Of a DNA stretch of 39,261 nt, positions 16,731 to 25,543 are shown piece by piece. The stretch's first letter is position 1. Each line of letters opens with the position of its first letter. The stretch lies in contig CAYOUK010000002.1 in the NCBI GenBank assembly GCA_964407175.1, positions 1-39,261 on the forward strand, written 5' to 3'. The notes beneath the pieces are model-generated. The model was not told the origin of the DNA. It saw only the letters and a list, made by a program, of their open reading frames with translations, and did not search any database. Origin of the DNA: an uncultured Muribaculaceae bacterium (lineage in GTDB: Bacteria; Bacillota_I; Bacilli_A; RF39; UBA660). The position numbers were made by a program, and so were the translations under genes.

Positions 16731-16840
16731 TTCTATCACCTTTTTACTTGATATATTAATTTTACTATAATTTGGCCTTTTTGTAAAATAAAACTAGTAA
16801 TTTAACTTATTATTTTATATAATATTTACGGTGATTAAAA

Positions 16841-17500
16841 ATGAAGTTTTTAGAAAAATATGGTATTCATTTAAAGGATACTAATACTCTAAAAACAGCG
16901 CTTACTCACTCTTCATATGCTAATGAACATAATACTGATAGTTATGAAAGACTTGAGTTTTTAGGAGATGCTGTTTTAGAGCTTATAACAAGTGAATACT
17001 TCTATAAGACAACTGACTTTGAAGAAGGAAAGATGAGCAAAAAAAGAAGCGAATACGTATGTGAACATGCCCTATACGAATATGCTAAAAAGATTGGTTA
17101 TATCCCTTATATTCGTGTAGGAAATGGTCAGATACATAATGTTAATGAGACTATAATCGCTGATATATTTGAAGCTATACTTGGAGCTATCTTTTTAGAA
17201 TGTGGTTTTGATACTGCTAAAAAATATGTTCTAGAGATAATTACGCCTTATATAGAGGGTGGTATAGAGCTTTATACAGACTATAAGTCTCTTCTTCAAG
17301 AAATGGTTCAAACAGATAGAAAATCACTTGAATATAGATTAATTAGTGAAACTGGTCCACAACATGATAAAACTTATGTAGTAGAAGTATTAATCGATGA
17401 TATTATCTATGGGGAAGGTTCTGGTAAGTCAAAAAAAGATGCTGAGAAGGCTGCCGCTTATGATGCTTATCAAAAGTGCGCTAATAAGGAGCAATTATGA
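16841..17500 (+). CDS. rnc: Ribonuclease III
   Basis: The ERLEFLGDAVLEL signature is present, with a C-terminal dsRBD (GPQHDKTY...GSGKSKKDAEKAAA). ATGA overlap with smc, which is the classic rnc-smc arrangement. Confidence 0.95.
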   Translation: MKFLEKYGIHLKDTNTLKTALTHSSYANEHNTDSYERLEFLGDAVLELITSEYFYKTTDFEEGKMSKKRSEYVCEHALYEYAKKIGYIPYIRVGNGQIHNVNETIIADIFEAILGAIFLECGFDTAKKYVLEIITPYIEGGIELYTDYKSLLQEMVQTDRKSLEYRLISETGPQHDKTYVVEVLIDDIIYGEGSGKSKKDAEKAAAYDAYQKCANKEQL

Positions 17501-20442
17501 AACTGTTAAAAATAAAAGCTAATGGTTTTAAATCATTCGCAGATAAAATAGATATAGACGTTAAAAATGGAATCACTGGTATAGTTGGACCAAACGGCTC
17601 AGGTAAGTCAAATATAGTTGATGCTGTTAAATGGGTTCTTGGTGAACAATCAATTAAAGCACTACGTGGTTCTATGAATATGAGTGATGTCATATTCCAA
17701 GGAAGTAAATCAAGACAAGGCGTTAAAAGAGCTAGTGTTTCTTTAGTTATCGATAATAGCGATCACTATTTAAATACTGAGTTTAAAGAACTTGAAATAA
17801 AAAGAGTTGTATATCAAAGTGGAGAGAACGAATATTACATAAATGGTTCTCATGTAAGACTAAAAGATATCACCGATTTATTTTTAGATTCAGGCGCTGG
17901 TAAAGAAGCCTTCTCTATTATTAGTCAAGGTAAAACTTTAGAGATTTTAAATAGCAAACCACAAGATAGAAGATTAATAATTGAAGAAGCCGCTGGTGTA
18001 TTAAAATATAAGAAAAGAAAGATAGAATCACTAAGAAAATTAGAAAAATCAAATGATAATCTATCTAAGATAGAACTTGTAATAAACGAGCTATCATCAA
18101 CCATAGAACCTTTAAAAGAAGAAGCTTTTAAAGCTAAAAAATATAAAGAATATATGGAAGATTTATCTAAAGAAGAAGTATCTCTTTTAGTTAAAGATAT
18201 CACTGATATAAATGAAGATTATGAAAGAATTAAAAAAGAAAGTGATGCTTTAAAAGAAGAATTAGATTCTCTTGAAAAATCTGGTGTAAATGAAGATGCT
18301 AGACTAGAAAAAATAAAACTTGATATATTAAAATTAGAAACTAAGATTAATGATAAAAATAAAGAATTAATTAGAAATGCTGAAGAGATATCTACTCTAT
18401 CTTCAAGTAGACAAGTAATCACTGAAAGAAAGAAATATGAAGTAGATGATATAAAGTTAGAAGAAAATATTTTAACTTTAAAAGAGAATATTTTAGCACT
18501 TAAAAATGATTTAAAATCACTTGAAGATGACCTTAAAGAATCAGAAGAAAAATTAAAAGCATTGAATGCTTCATATGAAAAAGAAGAAAAAGAATTTAAA
18601 CAAAAATTAAGTGATAAAAATTATATAACAAACGATATTGCGCTTAAAAACAAACTTTTAATGGATGTTTTAAATAAGATAGAAATTACTAAGAATAATA
18701 TCGAAAATGGTGCAAGTATACCCCACTCTGTTAAAGTATGTTTAGATAATCCTAGACTAAAAGGTTTATGCGGGACAATCTCTAATCTAATCGAAGTTGA
18801 TGAAGGATATGAAGTAGCGATTAACACTGCGCTTGGTGCAAATGAAAATATCATAGTCACTGAAAAAGAACAACATGCTAAAGAAGCTATCGAATTTCTA
18901 AAAGAAAACAAACAAGGACGTGCGACGTTCTTCCCGCTTAGTGTGATTAAACCAAGATTTGTTAAAGATGATATTTATAATATTATAAGTCATGATCCTG
19001 GTTTTATAGATATTGCAAATAACGTTGTTAAAAATGATTCAAAATATGAAAATGTTGTTAACAATCTACTTGGAAATATCATAGTTACAAAAGATATAGA
19101 TAGTATGAATAGAATTGGAAAAACAATTAACTATTCATATAGAATAGTTACAATAGATGGAGAAATATTACATACTGGTGGTGGTATCACTGGTGGTAAA
19201 AAAGCAAATAATAATAGTGTAACTATAGAAAAAAGCAAATTAGAGTCATATATAAAAAATCAAAAACTATATGAAGAAGAGTTAGAAAAACTTCGAAAGA
19301 AAGAAGAAAAATCAACAAAAGAAATAATGGCTTTAAATGAAAAAAGAGAATCAACACATATTCAAATAAACTTACTTAGTGAAACTATAAAAGATAAAAA
19401 ACATAAGATTGATATGTTAAGTAACTCTATTAGTTTAAAAGAAGAAGAGTTAAAAGGTACTAAAAACGTTAAAGATAATTCTCTAGATAAAGAGTTAGAT
19501 AAAACTTTAAATCTATACTATGAAGCTCTTGGTAAAAAGGATAAACTAGAAGAAGAATTAGAAAAACTAAAGAGTGAAAAATCTAACTTAAATGAAGAAT
19601 TAAATGATATTGAATTTAGAAATAAAAAAGCAAATAGTGAATTTAACAAGAAAAATAACACATACAATAGTAACCTAATCACTCTAGGTAAATATGATAT
19701 TAAATTAGATAACCTATTACTTCGTTTAAATGAAGAATATAATATAACATATGAAAAAGCTAAAAACGAAGTTAATATTGATATCGATACAAAAGTGGTT
19801 AGAACGAAAGTTGAAAGTTTAAGAAAGAATATTAAAGAACTTGGTGAAGTAAGTATCGCTTCTATCGATGAATATAATAGAATTAATGAAAGATACACAT
19901 TCCTAGTTAATCAAAGAGATGACATAAATAAATCTATTGAAGATTTACTTGGTGTTATAAATGAAATGGATGAAACTATGGAAAAAGAGTTTAAAGAAAC
20001 CTTTGATAAAGTTAATAAAGAATTTAAAGTTGTATTTAAAAAACTATTTAAAGGTGGATCTGGTGAAATGTTATTAACTGAACCAGATAACTTACTTGAA
20101 ACAGGTGTTGATATAGTCGCTGAACCTCCTGGTAAGAAACTTAAAAATATTAATTTACTATCTGGTGGCGAAAAGACTTTAACGGCAATTGCAATACTAT
20201 TTGCAATATTAAATGTTAAACCTGTACCATTCTGTATTCTAGACGAAGTAGAAGCTGCTCTTGATGATGTAAACGTTGAAAGTTTTGGTTCATACTTAAA
20301 AGAATATGAAGATAAAACACAGTTTATAGTTATTACACATAAGAAGAAAACTATGGAGTATGCTAATACATTATATGGTATTACAATGCAAGAATCAGGT
20401 GTATCTAAGTTAGTTAGTGTTAAACTTGAAGGCATAAAATAA
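17497..20442 (+). CDS. smc: Chromosome partition protein SMC
   Basis: N-terminal FKSFA...GPNGSGKSN Walker A, long K/E-rich coiled coils, a central hinge, and C-terminal LSGGEKTL plus ILDEVEAALD. Confidence 0.95.
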   Translation: MKLLKIKANGFKSFADKIDIDVKNGITGIVGPNGSGKSNIVDAVKWVLGEQSIKALRGSMNMSDVIFQGSKSRQGVKRASVSLVIDNSDHYLNTEFKELEIKRVVYQSGENEYYINGSHVRLKDITDLFLDSGAGKEAFSIISQGKTLEILNSKPQDRRLIIEEAAGVLKYKKRKIESLRKLEKSNDNLSKIELVINELSSTIEPLKEEAFKAKKYKEYMEDLSKEEVSLLVKDITDINEDYERIKKESDALKEELDSLEKSGVNEDARLEKIKLDILKLETKINDKNKELIRNAEEISTLSSSRQVITERKKYEVDDIKLEENILTLKENILALKNDLKSLEDDLKESEEKLKALNASYEKEEKEFKQKLSDKNYITNDIALKNKLLMDVLNKIEITKNNIENGASIPHSVKVCLDNPRLKGLCGTISNLIEVDEGYEVAINTALGANENIIVTEKEQHAKEAIEFLKENKQGRATFFPLSVIKPRFVKDDIYNIISHDPGFIDIANNVVKNDSKYENVVNNLLGNIIVTKDIDSMNRIGKTINYSYRIVTIDGEILHTGGGITGGKKANNNSVTIEKSKLESYIKNQKLYEEELEKLRKKEEKSTKEIMALNEKRESTHIQINLLSETIKDKKHKIDMLSNSISLKEEELKGTKNVKDNSLDKELDKTLNLYYEALGKKDKLEEELEKLKSEKSNLNEELNDIEFRNKKANSEFNKKNNTYNSNLITLGKYDIKLDNLLLRLNEEYNITYEKAKNEVNIDIDTKVVRTKVESLRKNIKELGEVSIASIDEYNRINERYTFLVNQRDDINKSIEDLLGVINEMDETMEKEFKETFDKVNKEFKVVFKKLFKGGSGEMLLTEPDNLLETGVDIVAEPPGKKLKNINLLSGGEKTLTAIAILFAILNVKPVPFCILDEVEAALDDVNVESFGSYLKEYEDKTQFIVITHKKKTMEYANTLYGITMQESGVSKLVSVKLEGIK

Positions 20443-20466
20443 GCTAGAAAATATTCTAGCTTTTTT
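20441..20466. terminator. Bidirectional terminator between smc and scpB
   Basis: AAGCTAGAA (20441-20449) pairs with TTCTAGCTT (20454-20462), a 9-bp stem with a 4-nt loop, followed by a T-run at 20463-20466. It lies between convergent stop codons. Confidence 0.65.
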
Positions 20467-21025
20467 ATTGTTCTTTATAAATAGATGTAAATAACTCTTC
20501 TTCTTTTGATTCTTCTTTTATCTCCATTTTTGGTAAATCATCTTTAGTGGCAAGGCCAAAATAATCTAAAAATTCACTTGTTATTCCATATAGATTAGGT
20601 TTACCTGGTAGATTAGACTTACCAACAACCTTTATTAGACCTCTAGCAGATAGTTTTCTAATAACATACCCACTTGATACTCCTCTTAGATTATCTACCT
20701 CTAGCCTTGTAATAGGCTCATTATACGCGATAATTGCAAGTACTTCTAAGTTAGATGGACTAAGTGTTTGTATTTCCTTTGAACCAAGTAGTTTTTGAAA
20801 ATAGTCTTTATGTTCCCTTTTAGTTGTTAATTTAAAAGTATTCCCTAAATAACTAATTCTAATTCCATGAGATTCTTTTTCATATTCTTCTTGTAAAGTC
20901 TTTAATAACTCTTTAACCTTCTTCTCATTTAGTTCCATTATCTCTGATAGAGTTTTAACAGTTATACCTTCATCCCCAACAGCGAATAGTATGCCTTCGA
21001 GTATTCCTAGTTCCATTTTTATCAC
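20465..21025 (-). CDS. scpB: Segregation and condensation protein B
   Basis: LEGILFAVGDEGITV..., winged-helix repeats and EVLAIIAYNEPITRLEVDNLRGV are all typical of ScpB. The GTG start forms a GTGA overlap with the scpA stop. ATG at 21016 is an alternative start. Confidence 0.9.
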   Translation of the reverse strand: MIKMELGILEGILFAVGDEGITVKTLSEIMELNEKKVKELLKTLQEEYEKESHGIRISYLGNTFKLTTKREHKDYFQKLLGSKEIQTLSPSNLEVLAIIAYNEPITRLEVDNLRGVSSGYVIRKLSARGLIKVVGKSNLPGKPNLYGITSEFLDYFGLATKDDLPKMEIKEESKEEELFTSIYKEQ

Positions 21026-21747
21026 TTCGCTTCTATTGTTATTTTATCAAAATTTTTATCTTGTCTTATATTTATTTCCCCTGTCTTAGCCATTTCTAAA
21101 ACAGATAAGAAAGTAACCACAATATATGGTTTAGTTACTTCTTCAAATAATTCAAAGAAATCTATTTTTTTCTTATGTTTAATTAAACTTCTTATTTCAT
21201 TACTTCTTTTTGTAATACTAAGTTCTCTACTAGTAATCTTAGTATCTAGTGGTTTTATATATTTTTGTCTATCTAAAAATGCTTCAAAAGCTTTTATTAA
21301 ATCATCTAGAGTAGTATCAGTATTTAACTCGACATCTTCCCTATATTCACTCAAACTCTCTGGAAGTTTTGTAAATACTTCTTTTCTTTTAGATTCTAAA
21401 TCTTTAAAGCCTTCAGAAAGTCTTTTATATTCTTCATATTCAACTAGTCTTCTCTCTAGTTCTTCTTTTGTAGCTATTTCATCTTCTTCTTTTTCTTCTT
21501 CATCCTTTATATTAACAAGCATTTTACTTTTAATATGAACAAGTGTAGATGCCATAACTAGATATTCACTTGCAATATCTATGTCTAGCTTTTGCATACT
21601 TTCAATAAAATCAATATATTGTTTTGTTATCTCTTCTATTTTTAGATCATAGATATCCATTTTAGTTTCTTTTACAAGATGCAAAAGAAGATCTAGAGGA
21701 CCTTCAAAATCATTAATTGTTAATTTAAGTTTATCCATTGCATGCAA
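21022..21747 (-). CDS. scpA: Segregation and condensation protein A
   Basis: FEGPLDLLLHLV is the ScpA N-terminal signature. Size and position upstream of scpB fit. SD AGAGGG is upstream. Confidence 0.9.
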   Translation of the reverse strand: MHAMDKLKLTINDFEGPLDLLLHLVKETKMDIYDLKIEEITKQYIDFIESMQKLDIDIASEYLVMASTLVHIKSKMLVNIKDEEEKEEDEIATKEELERRLVEYEEYKRLSEGFKDLESKRKEVFTKLPESLSEYREDVELNTDTTLDDLIKAFEAFLDRQKYIKPLDTKITSRELSITKRSNEIRSLIKHKKKIDFFELFEEVTKPYIVVTFLSVLEMAKTGEINIRQDKNFDKITIEAK

Positions 21748-22621
21748 AACCCTCTGCTTCCATTTTAAATTTAATTATATTCGCATTTGTCCCTGAACCA
21801 AACACATAATCTTCATCTATTTCTTTTAAATCAATAGATTTGCTGTAATCTACTTCAAATAAGAATACTAAGTAATCAGGATCTTCTACCATACTAGCAG
21901 TTAAACCATCTATCCCATTATATTTATTAACTTTCTTTTGTAGTGTAAGTCTATTATTAACGCTTTCTTCTTCGTCTTGTGAGTATACTTCTCTTCGAAC
22001 AGTTTCTTTAGATATAACTCCATCAGAGTTTTCTTTATTATCAAATGTATATCTATATGTATCTCTGTTTCTTGAACATAGAAGTGAACTGGTTCCATTT
22101 GAAGTTACATTTAAATTAGCATTTGGTATTCCACTGTCACTTATATGACTGATAATAAAGTAATTAGACTCTGTTATGCCAAGGCCAGCGATATTAACAC
22201 TAACTGTAAGTGGTTTCTTAGATATCTTACCTTTAAGCATTCTTCTTGTTATAAATTCATTATTTGAGTTATAAAACTCAATATAATAGTTTAATTCTTC
22301 AAGAGTTCCTTCTTTTTTAGAAGTTATAGCCATATTTAAGTTTGTTATATATCCACTACTTAAGTCATATGTTACATTTTCAATAGTTATATCATTATAT
22401 GTTAAACTTTTTTGCTCATTTATTATATATTGATCACTTGCTCCTGCAGTGGTATCAATATCTTTTTGTTCTTTTTTAGACTCAATATCATTTGATTTAA
22501 AGTTTTTTCTATAATAATCTTGTAAACTAGGAAGATAAAAAATAAATGCAAAAATACCTATTACTCCAAGAATTAATATAATAGCGCTACTTGTACTTCC
22601 CTTTTTGTTTTTTTCACTCAT
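21731..22621 (-). CDS. Membrane-anchored protein of unknown function
   Basis: I placed the start at ATG 22621 because SD GGAGGA lies 6 nt upstream; the track's earlier start has no SD. It has one N-terminal TM (AIILILGVIGIFAFIFYL) and a ~250-aa extracytoplasmic domain. I recognise no family. Confidence 0.6.
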   Translation of the reverse strand: MSEKNKKGSTSSAIILILGVIGIFAFIFYLPSLQDYYRKNFKSNDIESKKEQKDIDTTAGASDQYIINEQKSLTYNDITIENVTYDLSSGYITNLNMAITSKKEGTLEELNYYIEFYNSNNEFITRRMLKGKISKKPLTVSVNIAGLGITESNYFIISHISDSGIPNANLNVTSNGTSSLLCSRNRDTYRYTFDNKENSDGVISKETVRREVYSQDEEESVNNRLTLQKKVNKYNGIDGLTASMVEDPDYLVFLFEVDYSKSIDLKEIDEDYVFGSGTNANIIKFKMEAEGFACNG

Positions 22622-22666
22622 TTTAATCCTCCAATACCATAATAATTTTATCATAAAAAAAGGCAT

Positions 22667-22698
22667 AAAAAAAGACCAAATTAATCATGGTCTTTTTT
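22667..22698 (-). terminator. Factor-independent terminator after hup
   Basis: On the minus strand AAGACCA and TGGTCTT form the stem with a 9-nt loop, followed by a U-run (TTTTTTTATGCC). Confidence 0.65.
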
Positions 22699-22708
22699 CA
22701 CCTTCATA

Positions 22709-22981
22709 TTAGTTTAAAGCGTCTTTAAGCTTGCTTCCAGCTTTGAAAGAAGCAACTGTTTTAGCTGGAATATGTAAAGGTTCTTTAGTTAATGGATTGA
22801 TTCCATCTCTTGCAGCTCTCTTTTTAGCTGTGAAAGTTCCGAATCCAATTAGAGATACCTTTCCACTTTTTTTAAGACCAGAAGTTATACCTTCTACTGT
22901 TGCATCAATAACACGGCTAGCTTCAGCTTTAGAAACACCAGCTTTAGCTGCAACAAATTCTACTAATTCAGCTTTTGACAT
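22709..22981 (-). CDS. hup: DNA-binding protein HU
   Basis: 90 aa. MSKAELVEFVA...GFGTF...RAARDGINP...I.A....FKAG..LK is the canonical HU/IHF pattern. Strong SD GGGAGG. Confidence 0.95.
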   Translation of the reverse strand: MSKAELVEFVAAKAGVSKAEASRVIDATVEGITSGLKKSGKVSLIGFGTFTAKKRAARDGINPLTKEPLHIPAKTVASFKAGSKLKDALN

Positions 22982-23117
22982 AATAATTACCTCCCATAAA
23001 AACTAAAATTATAAGAAATAATGTCTTAGTTATTCCTTACATTTATAAGGTACCATATTTAAGGGGTAAAAATCAAGCATATTTGCTTATTTTTCTGCAT
23101 TTTTCTAAAGATTTTGT

Positions 23118-24596
23118 CTAAAAAACGACAGCAATTAAATTATTTGACCCTTTATTTACTATTTTAGTCATAGTAGTGCCTAATTTATACCTTGTATTTT
23201 CTGGCATCATAGCTAGTTTTGCTTCTATTCCTTCCCTAACTATTGAGTGAAGACTTCTGCCAAATATTTCGCTTTCCCAAATGCTGTTTGGATTATTTTC
23301 TCCATCTTTCATTAGATAGTCTACTAGGTCTTTGCTTTCTTTCTCGCTTCCAATAATTGGTTCAAATGTACTTTCTACATCAACCTTTACTAAGTGAATT
23401 GAGCTTGCAATAGCTTTTAACCTAACTCCATATCTACTTCCCTGTTTAATAATCTCTGGTTTATCTAGTTTCATATCTTTTAATTTAGGATATAGTATTC
23501 CATACCCTGTTTTTCTAGCCATCTTGAGTGCTTCTTTAAGTGATTTAGTCTCATCCTCTCCTGAGGAAGAGTCAATAAACATTTTAAGAATAGCACCTTT
23601 ACTAAGTGAATCCTTTCCAACTATCTTTTCTAGCTCCTGCCTATATAATTCATCACTAGCTTCCATTTTAAGTGTAACAATGCCAGTCCCTGCATCTAAA
23701 TTACTAATATAACTATTTTCTATATATGTACAATCATTAAATGCATTTAGTATATTATCAGTATCTTTTAATTTATTTATGTCAGTCATACTTTCTTTTA
23801 TCTTAGTAATAAACTCATGTTTAATTTCATTATTTTGTGGTAAAACATCTACCCAATCAGGAATATCTACACATATATCGTTTATTGGAAATTCCATAAG
23901 TGATAGCTTTAAAACATCATATATATCTTGTATAGACATAGTCTCTATATTAAGTGGTAATACCGGTACTTTATATTCTTCTTCTAAGTCTTTACTTATA
24001 GAAATAGTTTCACTACTACTTGGATGAGATGAATTCATAATAACTATAAATGGTTTATTAATTGCTTTTAGTTCATTTATAACTCTAGATTCTGCTTGTA
24101 TATATTTACCTCTTTTAATCTCTCCAAAAGAGCCATCAGTAGTTACGACAATGCCAATAGTTGCATGATCTTCAATTACTTTTTTGGTACCTATCTCTGC
24201 AGCTTCAACAAATGGTATATCTTCAGTTGACCAAGGAGTTTTAACCATTCTTGGATTACCCATTTCATCTTCATATCCACTTGCCCCATCAATAACATAA
24301 CCAACACAATCGATTAGTTTAATGTTTGTTTTAAAGTTTTCTATTTTAATTTCAGTCCCTGAGGATGGAACAAACTTCGGTTCCGTTGTCATAATCGCTT
24401 TACCTGCACCACTTTGTGGTATTTCGTCTAAGCATCTTTTCTTTTCAAATTCATCATCTATATTTGGAACGACTAAGTTTTCAATAACCTTCTTAATAAA
24501 GGTAGATTTACCAGTCCTAACAGCGCCGACAACCCCTAAGTAGATCTCCCCATTACCTCTAGTTGAAATAGATTTAATAATATTGTTTTTATCCAT
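23118..24596 (-). CDS. spoIVA: Stage IV sporulation protein A (spore coat morphogenetic ATPase)
   Basis: GEIYLGVVGAVRTGKSTFIKK, TTEPKFVP, IIKQGSRYGVRLKA and a C-terminal LIAVVF end are collinear with Bacillus SpoIVA as I recall it. Confidence 0.95.
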   Translation of the reverse strand: MDKNNIIKSISTRGNGEIYLGVVGAVRTGKSTFIKKVIENLVVPNIDDEFEKKRCLDEIPQSGAGKAIMTTEPKFVPSSGTEIKIENFKTNIKLIDCVGYVIDGASGYEDEMGNPRMVKTPWSTEDIPFVEAAEIGTKKVIEDHATIGIVVTTDGSFGEIKRGKYIQAESRVINELKAINKPFIVIMNSSHPSSSETISISKDLEEEYKVPVLPLNIETMSIQDIYDVLKLSLMEFPINDICVDIPDWVDVLPQNNEIKHEFITKIKESMTDINKLKDTDNILNAFNDCTYIENSYISNLDAGTGIVTLKMEASDELYRQELEKIVGKDSLSKGAILKMFIDSSSGEDETKSLKEALKMARKTGYGILYPKLKDMKLDKPEIIKQGSRYGVRLKAIASSIHLVKVDVESTFEPIIGSEKESKDLVDYLMKDGENNPNSIWESEIFGRSLHSIVREGIEAKLAMMPENTRYKLGTTMTKIVNKGSNNLIAVVF

Positions 24597-24666
24597 ATAA
24601 AAATTCCTTTCAATTAATAATACTTAAGTTTTAAGGAATTATGACAAAAAAACTAACTTATCTTTT

Positions 24667-25476
24667 TCATCTTTTCTTTTTTTCTATATCTTTTATACTT
24701 TTATTTGGAGTTGGCATATTTTCTGGCATTGTTCCTCCTGCTTTTTTTATTGCTTTTCTAACAATCTTTCCGACTTCATTATGTGCTTTATTAGCATTAG
24801 ATTCTCCTTCTATTTTTTCTCTTTTCAATTTATCATCAGTTTGAGTAATTCTAAAAAGATTAGCAGCAAGCTCAATACTTCCCATATTATCCAGAATATC
24901 TTCCCTATACCTTAATCCTTTTCTATTGGCACTATCAGCAACAGTCTCTCCATTATATAATCCTTTATACCCTGCATTATGAAAACTATCAAAGTTTTTA
25001 ACGCCGCTTTTTTTTGCGGTTTGATTAAGAGAATAATTGCCCCTTCTTGTCAATGCCCTTTGAAATAATCTTTTGTCATCTTCTGAAATGCTATTATACC
25101 CGATTTCTAATAATTCTTGTTTTCTTGTTTGAACTGCAAAATAAGTCTGTGCCAAAGCCACGACTTCTTTTCTTGGATCAGCATTTTGAGCAATCAAATA
25201 ACAGGCATACCTAGTCAATTTATAACTTTTAACATATTGTGTGTTTCCGTTTCCACCTTTTATCGGTTTCCTAATATCAAGAAACTGTTCATTTAATTCT
25301 TTTTCACTTAAAACACAAGCTATCTTTGCTTTTTTAATAACCTTATGAAAGTTTTCCCACTTGTTATATTCTAGTATTTTCTGTAATTCTCTAGCGTCCC
25401 AATATTCTTTTTTATATTTGTCCATATGTTTAATTTTCTCAAACATACTTTCAGTATTATTAATAATTTCTTTCAT
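24667..25476 (-). CDS. dinD: DNA damage-inducible protein D homolog (Bro-N/KilA-N-like N-domain)
   Basis: RYACYLIAQNADPRKEVVALAQTYFAVQTRKQE, MGSIELAANLFRITQTDDKLKRE and GGTMPENMPTP..SIK match E. coli DinD blocks from memory. Strong SD AGGAGG. Confidence 0.8.
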   Translation of the reverse strand: MKEIINNTESMFEKIKHMDKYKKEYWDARELQKILEYNKWENFHKVIKKAKIACVLSEKELNEQFLDIRKPIKGGNGNTQYVKSYKLTRYACYLIAQNADPRKEVVALAQTYFAVQTRKQELLEIGYNSISEDDKRLFQRALTRRGNYSLNQTAKKSGVKNFDSFHNAGYKGLYNGETVADSANRKGLRYREDILDNMGSIELAANLFRITQTDDKLKREKIEGESNANKAHNEVGKIVRKAIKKAGGTMPENMPTPNKSIKDIEKKKR

Positions 25477-25527
25477 ATAACCTCCTAATATTATTATTCA
25501 GGAGTTTTTTGATTTTTCTCATAAAAA

Positions 25528-25543
25528 AAGAGGATAACCTCTT
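25528..25543 (-). terminator. Short terminator hairpin after the 788-aa gene
   Basis: AAGAGG (25528-25533) pairs with CCTCTT (25538-25543) with a 4-nt loop, followed on the minus strand by TTTTTTATGAG. The stop codon is inside the stem. The stem is only 6 bp. Confidence 0.45.

Noticed and set aside
17925-20435. Several minus-strand ORFs inside smc (92, 67, 96, 126 and 174 aa)
   Set aside because: They are S/L/F-rich antisense shadows of the K/E-rich coiled-coil coding sequence. They have no SD sequences and are fully embedded in a well-supported gene.
24597-24666. Sigma-E promoter upstream of spoIVA
   Set aside because: A -35-like TCATAAT is present, but I could not find a convincing CATACA-T -10 at the right spacing. 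It is not reported as a feature.
25477-25541. LexA/Cheo box upstream of dinD
   Set aside because: No GAAC-N4-GTTC-like palindrome is present in the short intergenic region.
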